Shown: piece by piece, positions 38,350-46,370 of the stretch
How positions within the stretch are numbered: the first letter of the stretch is position 1
Layout: every line of letters starts with the position of its first letter
DNA from: Candidatus Woesearchaeota archaeon
Lineage (GTDB): Archaea > Nanobdellota > Nanobdellia > Woesearchaeales > DSVV01
DNA: 64,000 nt
NCBI GenBank assembly: GCA_016219865.1
Contig: JACRKF010000033.1
Coordinates: 1,960 to 65,959 of the forward strand
Direction of reading: 5' to 3'
Translations under genes and position numbers: made by a program
Notes under the pieces: generated by a model
Told to the model about the DNA's origin: nothing
Database searches by the model: none
The model's input: only the letters and a program-made list of their open reading frames with translations

Positions 38350-38451
38350 TTATAAACGCAATAGTCTTAAAATACCATAAACTATAGTAATTAAAATAAT
38401 TAATACTGCCATATATATAATTATTCTAACTAATGATGCTTTCTTATTCAT
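38350..38451 (-). CDS. 33-aa single-TM micro-protein (not in the ORF track)
   Basis: Manual translation gives MNKKASLVRIIIYMAVLIILITIVYGILRLLRL. Preceded by the 14-nt element (TGAACGAAGTGAGT) + TTTTTTATG. Confidence 0.35.
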   Translation of the reverse strand: MNKKASLVRIIIYMAVLIILITIVYGILRLLRL

Positions 38452-38456
38452 AAAAA

Positions 38457-38470
38457 ACTCACTTCGTTCA
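38457..38470 (-). promoter_or_regulatory. 14-nt element TGAACGAAGTGAGT (minus strand), 6 nt upstream of the 33-aa micro-ORF
   Basis: Read directly on the reverse complement. Confidence 0.35.
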
Positions 38471-38511
38471 ATTCTTATTCTTTAGAAGCAGAGGTATTTA
38501 AATGTAGTGTA

Positions 38512-38537
38512 GAGAATTTTGCTAAAGCAAAATTCTC
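38512..38537. repeat. Palindrome GAGAATTTTGC-TAAA-GCAAAATTCTC (copy d), between the divergent pilin-like island and the glycosylation cluster
   Basis: Same arms, 4-nt loop. Confidence 0.8.
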
Positions 38538-38574
38538 ATTAACTTTATAAAACCATAAGCATTCTTTTTTTCCT

Positions 38575-39573
38575 ATGGAGAATAACTTTTGGAAAGGTAA
38601 GAAAGTATTAGTCACAGGAGGTTCAGGATTTATTGGTAGCTATGTTGTTGAGCTTTTGCTTGAAAAAGGAGCAATTGTCAGCATTACTTCTTTTAAGACA
38701 AGAGGTAATAATGATGAAGACAGAAATATTGCTCAATTCAAAGATAAGATCCAGATTTTTGAAATTAACCTGCTTAATATAGATAGTTGTAAAGAGATAA
38801 CAAAAGGACAGGATATTGTGCTTAATCTAGCTGCAAGAGTTGGTGGAATTGAATTAAACAGCAAACATCCAAGTATTATGTTTAAAGATAATCTTCTTAT
38901 GTTTATGAATGTTTTAGAAGCAGCAAGAATTAACAATGTTCAGAGATTTTTAACAGTAAGCAGTGCTTGTGTTTATCCTCAATTATGCGCAATTCCTATT
39001 CCTGAAGAAGAAGGATTTAAAGATACTCCTGCGCAAACAAATGAAGGATATGGCTGGGCAAAAAGGATGCAGGAGTTTTTGTCAAAATGTTATGCAAAAG
39101 AATACAATATGAACATTGCAATAGTCAGACCATCAAATGCATATGGTCCAAAGGATAATTTTGATGCTGCAACATCTCATGTTATTCCAGCGCTTATCCG
39201 CAGAATTCTCAATGGAGAAAATCCATTAGTTGTTTGGGGCAGTGGAAATCAAACTCGATCATTCTTATATGCAACTGATTTTGCGCGTGGTTTATTAGAG
39301 ATTGCTGAGAAACATGCTGTGTGTGATGCATTAAATCTTGGCGATGAACGAGAAGTGACAATTAAAGAATTAGTTTCAATAATTTTAAAGCTCTGCAATA
39401 AAGAGAATGAGATTAAAGTTGTATTTGACACCTCAAAACCAGAAGGGCAGCCAAGGAGATGCAGTGATGTTTCAAAAGCAAGCAAAATGATAAACTATAA
39501 AACAGAGGTAAGCCTTGAAGAAGGAATACGGGGTACGATAGAATGGTACAAAAAAGAACTGCTGCGCAAGTAA
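38575..39573 (+). CDS. NAD-dependent epimerase/dehydratase (extended SDR)
   Basis: VLVTGGSGFIGSYV Rossmann motif; YxxxK catalytic region; 332 aa. Confidence 0.8.
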   Translation: MENNFWKGKKVLVTGGSGFIGSYVVELLLEKGAIVSITSFKTRGNNDEDRNIAQFKDKIQIFEINLLNIDSCKEITKGQDIVLNLAARVGGIELNSKHPSIMFKDNLLMFMNVLEAARINNVQRFLTVSSACVYPQLCAIPIPEEEGFKDTPAQTNEGYGWAKRMQEFLSKCYAKEYNMNIAIVRPSNAYGPKDNFDAATSHVIPALIRRILNGENPLVVWGSGNQTRSFLYATDFARGLLEIAEKHAVCDALNLGDEREVTIKELVSIILKLCNKENEIKVVFDTSKPEGQPRRCSDVSKASKMINYKTEVSLEEGIRGTIEWYKKELLRK

Positions 39574-40349
39574 AAAATAATTTGAAAAGCTCAAAAAAAC
39601 AGAATAACAAACAGAATGAAAAAAAGTACGATGCAACCTTATTTATACTTACAAAAAATGAGATAAAAGGATTAACTGCATTATTTCAAAAGATTCCAAT
39701 TACTAGATTTGCTGAAGTTATTGCAATCGATGCGCAATCAACTGATGGCAGCAAAGAATTCCTGCTCAAGAAAGGATTGCGGGTTATCACCCAGAAAAAA
39801 ATGGGGCGAGCTGAAGCATTCCGTATTGGTTGCGCAGTTGCAGCATATGAAAATGTTATATTTTTCTCTCCTGACGGCAATGAAGATCCAGCTGATATAG
39901 TTAAGCTTGCTTATTGGTTAGAGCAAGGATATGATATGTCAGTTGGAAGCAGATTTATGAAAGGAGGCAGAAGCGATGATGATGATGTTTGGCTTCCTAT
40001 TAGGGGCTTAGGTAATAAAGGATTTACATTAGCAGCAGATATTCTCTGGGGAGGACATTTAACTGATTCAATTAATGGTTTTCGCGGCGTAAAAAAAAGC
40101 AAATTATGGAAATTAAATCCTGACAGCGAAGGATTTGGCATTGAGTTTCAGATTTCTATCAGAGCATTGAAATTAAGATACAAGATTAAAGAAATACCAA
40201 CGTATGAAGGCGACAGAATTGGCGGTCAAAGCACAGCAAGAACATTTGCAACAGGATGGTACTTCATTAAATTGTTATTGGGGGAATTGTTTATCGGAAA
40301 ATCATTCTTGCGATGGACGCAGATTAAGAATAAATATAAGTTATCGTAA
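39543..40349 (+). CDS. Family-2 glycosyltransferase (dolichyl-phosphate sugar transferase-like)
   Basis: DAQSTDGS, FSPDGNEDP, GSRF and TDSINGFR motifs. The only in-frame ATG (39543) overlaps the preceding gene by 31 nt, so the start is uncertain. Confidence 0.7.
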   Translation: MVQKRTAAQVKNNLKSSKKQNNKQNEKKYDATLFILTKNEIKGLTALFQKIPITRFAEVIAIDAQSTDGSKEFLLKKGLRVITQKKMGRAEAFRIGCAVAAYENVIFFSPDGNEDPADIVKLAYWLEQGYDMSVGSRFMKGGRSDDDDVWLPIRGLGNKGFTLAADILWGGHLTDSINGFRGVKKSKLWKLNPDSEGFGIEFQISIRALKLRYKIKEIPTYEGDRIGGQSTARTFATGWYFIKLLLGELFIGKSFLRWTQIKNKYKLS

Positions 40350-40383
40350 TTAATTTTATTCGTAGTCAAGAATGTGTATTTTT

Positions 40384-40415
40384 CTGAGTGACCTAAGTGA
40401 ACTCGAAGAATACTA
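40384..40415 (+). promoter_or_regulatory. 32-nt element CTGAGTGA-N7-GAACTCG-N6-ACTA (copy B), 36 nt upstream of the GT4 gene
   Basis: See copy A. Confidence 0.35.
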
Positions 40416-40450
40416 TACTTTTTTAAACCCTTGCTCTTTATTCTTGTTCT

Positions 40451-41641
40451 ATGAAAGTCGCGCGTGTAATTGAAACCTTTTTACCAAACATTACAGGACC
40501 AGTTAATCAGGCGTATAAGATTTCGCTGGAATTAGAAAAAAGAAATATTAATTCTCCTGTTTTTACTACTTATTATAATGTAAAAAATGTTCCTGATGAA
40601 GAATTTATTGACTTAGTTTCTGTAAAAAGATTGCCATATGCTAGAATAATGCAATATTGCATAAGTCCTGGAATTAAAAAAGCATTAGAAGAAAGCAATA
40701 CAAAAAAGAAGATTGATATAATTCATGCGCACACTTATAGAAGCTATCAAACAGAACAAGGCTATCAATTTGCGAAAAAGCACAAGATTCCGTTTGTGTT
40801 AAGCGCCCATGGAAGTTTGCTTGGCTATGATAAATATCTCAAGAATAAACTTGTGAAGATGCCATATCTTATCTATGATTCATTAAAAAAGAAATTGCCT
40901 GCAATTAATGCAGATGCTGTTATTGTGAATTCTCAATTAGAATATGATGATGCAATTAAATTTGGTATAGACAAAAAAAAGATACATGTAATTCCTGTTG
41001 GGATTGATACTTTGTTGTATGAAAAGAAAAACAAAGATCCAAACTTTGTTTTAAAGAAAAACAAAAACGGAATATCACTCTTATTTGTAGCTCGTATCTC
41101 TCGCAATAGAAATCTTGAACTCTTGATTCATGCTCTCCATTTTATTAAGAAAAAAAATCTTAACAAAAAGTGTAAACTTTTTGTTATTGGGAAAGAGATA
41201 GTCAACAGCGATACAGACAAACGCGGATATGTTGCTGAACTTAAGCAATTAGCGCAAAAACTTGGAGTTTCTGATATGATTCAATTTGTTGGCGAAAAAA
41301 CAGGAAAAGAACTTATTGATTTATATCTTAATGCTGATATTTTTGTTTATACTTCACTATATGAAAATTTTGGTCAGCCTCTCTTAGAAGCAGCAGCAGC
41401 AGGATTGCCAATCATCTCTCCAAGAATTGGAATTGCCAGAGAGATTATAAAAGATGGAGAAACAGGTTACTTTGTAGAGTATGATGCCAAAGATGTTAGT
41501 GATAAAATAGCATTGTTGTTTGATAAAAATGAAAGAGAAATTTTTGGAAAAAGATTGCAAACAATTGTTAAGAAAAAATATGCGTGGAGTAAGATAATTA
41601 ATGAATACTGCAAATTATATCGCTCATTAACAAAAAAGTAA
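40451..41641 (+). CDS. Family-4 (GT-B) glycosyltransferase
   Basis: C-terminal E-x7-E region ENFGQPLLEAAAAGLPIISPRIGIAREII. Confidence 0.8.
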   Translation: MKVARVIETFLPNITGPVNQAYKISLELEKRNINSPVFTTYYNVKNVPDEEFIDLVSVKRLPYARIMQYCISPGIKKALEESNTKKKIDIIHAHTYRSYQTEQGYQFAKKHKIPFVLSAHGSLLGYDKYLKNKLVKMPYLIYDSLKKKLPAINADAVIVNSQLEYDDAIKFGIDKKKIHVIPVGIDTLLYEKKNKDPNFVLKKNKNGISLLFVARISRNRNLELLIHALHFIKKKNLNKKCKLFVIGKEIVNSDTDKRGYVAELKQLAQKLGVSDMIQFVGEKTGKELIDLYLNADIFVYTSLYENFGQPLLEAAAAGLPIISPRIGIAREIIKDGETGYFVEYDAKDVSDKIALLFDKNEREIFGKRLQTIVKKKYAWSKIINEYCKLYRSLTKK

Positions 41642-41644
41642 TCC

Positions 41645-43282
41645 ATGATAAATACTATTAATACCATGACAATACGTAATATCATAAAGAATATTGAACG
41701 CAAAGACATATGCATAGCAATAGCGTTCTTTCTTCTTGCATTTGTTGTTCGCTTGCCTGCAATCCATTATCCTTTAAGCGGAGATAGTGTTGTTTATACT
41801 CAGCTCACTCAAAGCATCTATGAAACTGGATCATATGCAATTGATGGAAAAATTCACACACAATATCCATTTTTGTTTCCTTTAGTAAGCGCAATCTTCA
41901 TGTTCTTTGGCAACCCTGTGCTTGCAATTAAGATCTCTGCATTTTTTTGGGCAAGCCATGTTGTTGTTATTATTTACTTAATGGGCTTACGATTTGTTGA
42001 GAGGAAATTTGCCATTGCTGCTGCATTATTGACTTTATTCAACCCTTGGTTCTTTTATTTCACAACAACATTGCCATTATCTGAAGCGTTTACTACATTG
42101 CTTGTTTTACTTGCTTATTTCTGCTATGATTTTGAAGATAATGGAAATACAAATTATCTATCTGCTTTTTTCTTTGGACTTGCAATTCTTTCACGATATA
42201 CAGCAGGTATATTTGCATTGCCATTTCTCATTGCAAAATGCGTAGTAATTATAAAAGAAATAGCAAAAGCAAAAAAAGACAAACTTCTTTTTAGCAAAAA
42301 GCTGCTCTCCGGCATATTATCCCCTATGCTCTTTATACTCTTTGTATTAGTTCCTTCTATTCTCTGGTTTTCCTTTACAATTATGCAGGCAAATGATATC
42401 AGCGCCCATGGTTACATTGGTCCTTTGCTCACACAAAGCAGTTTGTCATTAAAGAATGTGATATATAATAGCTTTTTAGCGCTGATAATAGTGCCTTTAT
42501 TATTACTCTCAGGAATGATTATCTTTTTTGCATACGGACTTTTCCAATTAAAAACTGCTGACTTGCTGCAAAAAAAGAACAACCTGCTTTGGAAATATCT
42601 TCTGATTAGCTTCTTCAGTATGCTCTTGTTTGGAATCTTCTGGTTTAGCATATTTTCACCCTATTTCCCTTACATCTGGGAGAAATTACGGTTCTTTGTT
42701 AGTTTTATTCCATTGCTCACATTATTTTCAATGATTAGCTTTAGTGAGTTATTACAACGAAATATTGCTTATAGAAAATTACTCCTTTGTTGCTTAACAC
42801 TCTTTTTTATTCTTTCTTTTATCTGCGCCTTTTTTATCACTTTTGGTTTTTTTAAGGAGAACGTTGACGCTTTTTTGCCTTCACGAGAAATATTTACCCA
42901 AAAAGCATATCACCAAAGCAAAGCAATTGCTGCAATAAATGCAGAGAGTAATTCATATAATTCTGCAGTTCAGCAGCAGGATTCATCAAAAGATGTGATT
43001 GTGATTCTCTCTGAACAAAGCATCAGAGATAAGGAACAGAAACAGTTTAGTTATTTTTTTGATGCCAAGAATGTCGAAATCATGAATAAAAAAGCAGAGA
43101 TTATTATGGTAAAAGGAGATAAAAATAAACTATTGCAACAACCGCTTATCTACGCAGAATATTCTTTAGAAGAAACAAAGCAGATACTTGCTGCTGCAAA
43201 TATTTCTTGTGCAACAATAGCAAAGATAGCTGAATATGGCAGAATAAATACAATTGGAGCTTATAGGTGCAGTGTTTCATAA
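41645..43282 (+). CDS. Polytopic GT-C-type membrane glycosyltransferase (ArnT/PMT-like)
   Basis: About 12 TM helices. The first-loop D-S-V-V-Y motif (GDSVVYTQLTQSIYETGSY) is typical of the GT39/GT83 family. Confidence 0.5.
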   Translation: MINTINTMTIRNIIKNIERKDICIAIAFFLLAFVVRLPAIHYPLSGDSVVYTQLTQSIYETGSYAIDGKIHTQYPFLFPLVSAIFMFFGNPVLAIKISAFFWASHVVVIIYLMGLRFVERKFAIAAALLTLFNPWFFYFTTTLPLSEAFTTLLVLLAYFCYDFEDNGNTNYLSAFFFGLAILSRYTAGIFALPFLIAKCVVIIKEIAKAKKDKLLFSKKLLSGILSPMLFILFVLVPSILWFSFTIMQANDISAHGYIGPLLTQSSLSLKNVIYNSFLALIIVPLLLLSGMIIFFAYGLFQLKTADLLQKKNNLLWKYLLISFFSMLLFGIFWFSIFSPYFPYIWEKLRFFVSFIPLLTLFSMISFSELLQRNIAYRKLLLCCLTLFFILSFICAFFITFGFFKENVDAFLPSREIFTQKAYHQSKAIAAINAESNSYNSAVQQQDSSKDVIVILSEQSIRDKEQKQFSYFFDAKNVEIMNKKAEIIMVKGDKNKLLQQPLIYAEYSLEETKQILAAANISCATIAKIAEYGRINTIGAYRCSVS

Positions 43283-43330
43283 CGGCATAGTTACACAAAA
43301 AATATAAAGCGAGAGATAAATCTTCATTCA

Positions 43331-43921
43331 ATGAAACATGTTAATCGCATACGAATAAAACATGATGTGGATAAATGTGTAGGAAATAAGAATTGTCTGC
43401 TTTACGCTTCAAATTATTTCTCTTTTTCGAAACAGAAAGCGCATCTGCAGGATAATTACAAAAAAGCAAATGCTGAATATAAAGATATTACTGTCAGCCA
43501 TGTTGAACTCAACAAACTGATAAAAGCTGCATATTCATGTCCAGTTAATGTTATAAGTATTTATGATCTAAAGAAAAATAAAGTTATTGTTGACAATTCA
43601 ATTCATTCAGAATCAGCTCTGGATATTGTTGCAGAAAAACAAACCAGTCATGAGATGATATTTGATAAGACAGGATATTTTCTTGTGAAAGTAAATCAAG
43701 AACTAAAACAGATAGAAGTGGGATTATGCAGAAAAAGGAATATTGTTGCAGTAAAGATAATAGGCAAGACACCTGAAGATATTTATAAAACAATAATTAA
43801 ACATAAATTATTATCGCGATTTGATCATGCTGCATATCTTGGAAGAGAACTGCAAAAAGCATATATTGCTCTGCAACAAAATTTGGATTATGTTCAAGAT
43901 GATGAATTAAAATTCTTTTAA
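43331..43921 (+). CDS. Ferredoxin-like Fe-S domain protein with a C-terminal domain of unknown function
   Basis: DKCVGNKNC...CPVNVISI resembles a single-cluster ferredoxin motif. C-terminal 100 aa are unassigned. Confidence 0.35.
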   Translation: MKHVNRIRIKHDVDKCVGNKNCLLYASNYFSFSKQKAHLQDNYKKANAEYKDITVSHVELNKLIKAAYSCPVNVISIYDLKKNKVIVDNSIHSESALDIVAEKQTSHEMIFDKTGYFLVKVNQELKQIEVGLCRKRNIVAVKIIGKTPEDIYKTIIKHKLLSRFDHAAYLGRELQKAYIALQQNLDYVQDDELKFF

Positions 43922-43963
43922 CGAAAGCTTTTAAAAGGAACCTTTATTCTCAAACAATACGGC

Positions 43964-43977
43964 ATTCACTTCGTTCA
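43964..43977 (-). promoter_or_regulatory. 14-nt element TGAACGAAGTGAAT (minus strand) as the loop of a GC stem TACGGC...GCCGTA, 26 nt upstream of the plus-strand oxidoreductase gene
   Basis: Read directly. Inverted relative to the downstream gene. Confidence 0.35.
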
Positions 43978-44002
43978 GCCGTACGTATGGTGTTGTATTT
44001 TC

Positions 44003-45031
44003 ATGGTAAACATAGCAGTAATTGGAACAGGTACTTGGGGAAAAAACCACGTAAGAGTTCTCAGCGAATTAGGGGAAGTTAATCTAGTAAAGATCTGTGA
44101 TATGAATGAAAAGTCTTTGCTGCCATTGCAAAAAACATTTCATGTAAGCGCTACAACTGACTATAAAGAAATTCTCAATGACAAGACTATCCAAACTGTA
44201 AATATTTGCACTCCTGCTTCTATGCATTATTCTGTTGTAAAAGAAATGCTTCTTGCTGGAAAAGATGTGCTTGTTGAAAAGCCTTTAACTCTTGACATTG
44301 CGCAATCAGAAGAGCTTGCAAAGATAGCAAAAGACAATAACAGGATATTGATGGTTGGCCATATTTTCAGATTTAATGCTGGAGTAAATAAATTAAAAGA
44401 TGAAATCAAAAAAGGAACATTCGGAAAAATACGATTTATGTACGGAGCAAGGATGGGTTTAATGACACCAAGGGTTGATTGCGGAGTTATTGCTGATTTT
44501 GCGCTTCATGATATTGATACTTTTTGTTATCTGCTGGATGAAATGCCAACAGAAATCACTTGTGTTGGGCAATCATATAAAGATTCTGGAAATCAATCTG
44601 CTCAACAACAATCACAACAATCATTTGAAGATGTTGGATTTATAACATTAAGATTTAATTCAAATATTATTGCAAATGTTGGAGTAAGTTGGTTAACTCC
44701 AAAAAAAGTAAGAGAATTATGGGTTGTTGGCGAGAAGAAAAGCGCTTATCTAGATTATTTAACACAAGAATTGACTATATTTGACAAAGGAATTGTGCCG
44801 CAGTACAATTCCTTTGGAGAATTCAGTTTAATCACTAAACAAGATGGTGATGATATAAAGCCATTTGTTCCTGTGCGAGAGCCTTTGAAAGATGAATTGC
44901 TTCATTTCATTGATTGCATTAACACAAGAAAACAGCCAATTGTTAATGGAGAAATAGGAACGCAAATGGTTAAGATAATCAATAAAGCATATCAAGCATT
45001 AAAAGAAAAGAAAACAATCTCTATAAATTAG
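44003..45031 (+). CDS. Gfo/Idh/MocA family NAD(P)-dependent sugar(-nucleotide) oxidoreductase
   Basis: IAVIGTGTWGKNH Rossmann motif and the EKPL catalytic motif. Confidence 0.8.
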   Translation: MVNIAVIGTGTWGKNHVRVLSELGEVNLVKICDMNEKSLLPLQKTFHVSATTDYKEILNDKTIQTVNICTPASMHYSVVKEMLLAGKDVLVEKPLTLDIAQSEELAKIAKDNNRILMVGHIFRFNAGVNKLKDEIKKGTFGKIRFMYGARMGLMTPRVDCGVIADFALHDIDTFCYLLDEMPTEITCVGQSYKDSGNQSAQQQSQQSFEDVGFITLRFNSNIIANVGVSWLTPKKVRELWVVGEKKSAYLDYLTQELTIFDKGIVPQYNSFGEFSLITKQDGDDIKPFVPVREPLKDELLHFIDCINTRKQPIVNGEIGTQMVKIINKAYQALKEKKTISIN

Positions 45032-45076
45032 TTTTTATCACGTTAGTTTTTAATAACAATATTTAAGAGGACAAAG

Positions 45077-45823
45077 ATGTACAAGAAAAATAAGATTGCA
45101 GTTGTTGTTCCAGCATATAATGAACAAGGAAAGATAGAAAAAGTTATTTCTGATATTAAAAATAAATCTTCAATAGTTGACAAGATTATTGTTGTCAATG
45201 ATGGCAGCAAAGATAATACAATGAAAGAAGCAAAGCAAGCAGGAGCATTTGTAATAACACATGCTGTGAATCAAGGTGCAGGAGCTGCAATTAGAACAGG
45301 ATATAATTATGCGCTGCAGAAAAATTTTGATATTCTAGTAACAATGGGCGGAGATGATCAAGATGATCCTGCATATATTGAAAGACTTGTTTCAGAGATT
45401 GTAGATAAGGGATATGATTTTGTGCAGGGTTCTAGGTATAAAGTAAAAGGATTGGTATTAAAACAGCCATTGTTTAGAAGAATAACAACAACATGTTATT
45501 CATTATTATTTACACTTGCAGCTGGAAGGTCTGTTACTGATGGCTCAAATGGATTTCGCGCATTTCGGACTGATATTTTAAAAAAAGTTAACATAAATTA
45601 TTCAAGTATGAACAGATATGAGATGGAACCTTATTTGTTGTTAAAAACAATCAGGAAAGGTTTTCGTTATAAAGAAATTGGCGTGCCAAAATATTGGCCA
45701 AAAGGAAAAAGTTACAGCAAAATGATACCATTCAAAAGCTGGTGGAGTATATTGCGTCCAATAGTTTATTCATTGCTGGGATTTAATATTGAAAAAAGAT
45801 TTAGGAAGCTGTCAAATAGCTGA
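45077..45823 (+). CDS. Family-2 glycosyltransferase
   Basis: VVVPAYNEQ...VVNDGSKDNT...GSRY motifs. Confidence 0.8.
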   Translation: MYKKNKIAVVVPAYNEQGKIEKVISDIKNKSSIVDKIIVVNDGSKDNTMKEAKQAGAFVITHAVNQGAGAAIRTGYNYALQKNFDILVTMGGDDQDDPAYIERLVSEIVDKGYDFVQGSRYKVKGLVLKQPLFRRITTTCYSLLFTLAAGRSVTDGSNGFRAFRTDILKKVNINYSSMNRYEMEPYLLLKTIRKGFRYKEIGVPKYWPKGKSYSKMIPFKSWWSILRPIVYSLLGFNIEKRFRKLSNS

Positions 45824-45877
45824 TTTATTTAGCAAATATTAAATACCTAAAGTTCTCTAATAATAATTGGTGATCAA

Positions 45878-46000
45878 ATGTCTGGAAAAAAAGATGTTAC
45901 TGATTTGAAAGCTATCGATGTTAAATACAAAGAATTAGCAAAGAAAAACCATCCTGATATGGCTGGAGGAAATACAGAAACATTCAAAAAAGTTTCTTGA
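45878..46000 (+). CDS. 40-aa J-domain fragment (HPD motif); possible gene remnant or mini J-protein
   Basis: Manual translation gives MSGKKDVTDLKAIDVKYKELAKKNHPDMAGGNTETFKKVS*. Preceded by the SD-like GGTGATC. Not in the ORF track. Confidence 0.3.
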   Translation: MSGKKDVTDLKAIDVKYKELAKKNHPDMAGGNTETFKKVS

Positions 46001-46008
46001 CATTAACT

Positions 46009-46281
46009 ATGCTATACTATAAAGACTTAAGAAAAACTATTTCAACATTAATAGTTACAGGAGTTCTATATGTTGGAGCAATTAGTAGCTTAGATTATTC
46101 AGCAAGAGAATATAGGACACACTTGCAAAGAATGGAAAACGATTCTGCATACAAAGCTCAAGTCTTGAATCAAAGAAAACAAGAAAAAAAGGAAATAAGA
46201 GAACTTAATCAGAAACTTGTAGATGCTTGGAGAGATAAACACAAAATTCCTGGTTTAGAACAGTTAGTAAATTATTTTTAG
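46009..46281 (+). CDS. Hypothetical small single-TM protein
   Basis: MLYYKDLRKTISTLIVTGVLYVGAISS TM followed by a charged tail. The track start 45997 is a TTG. Confidence 0.3.
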   Translation: MLYYKDLRKTISTLIVTGVLYVGAISSLDYSAREYRTHLQRMENDSAYKAQVLNQRKQEKKEIRELNQKLVDAWRDKHKIPGLEQLVNYF

Positions 46282-46300
46282 AGAACTTTGCAAAATTCTT
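46281..46300. repeat. Degenerate/truncated copy of the palindrome (GAGAACTTTGCAAAATTCTT)
   Basis: Left arm has one mismatch; the central GCAAA is deleted. Confidence 0.35.
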
Positions 46301-46370
46301 TTATGCAATCTCCTGACCAAGTTCCCTATTATCATAATTGCCTAACTGATAAATTTTTCCGCAGAAAAAT

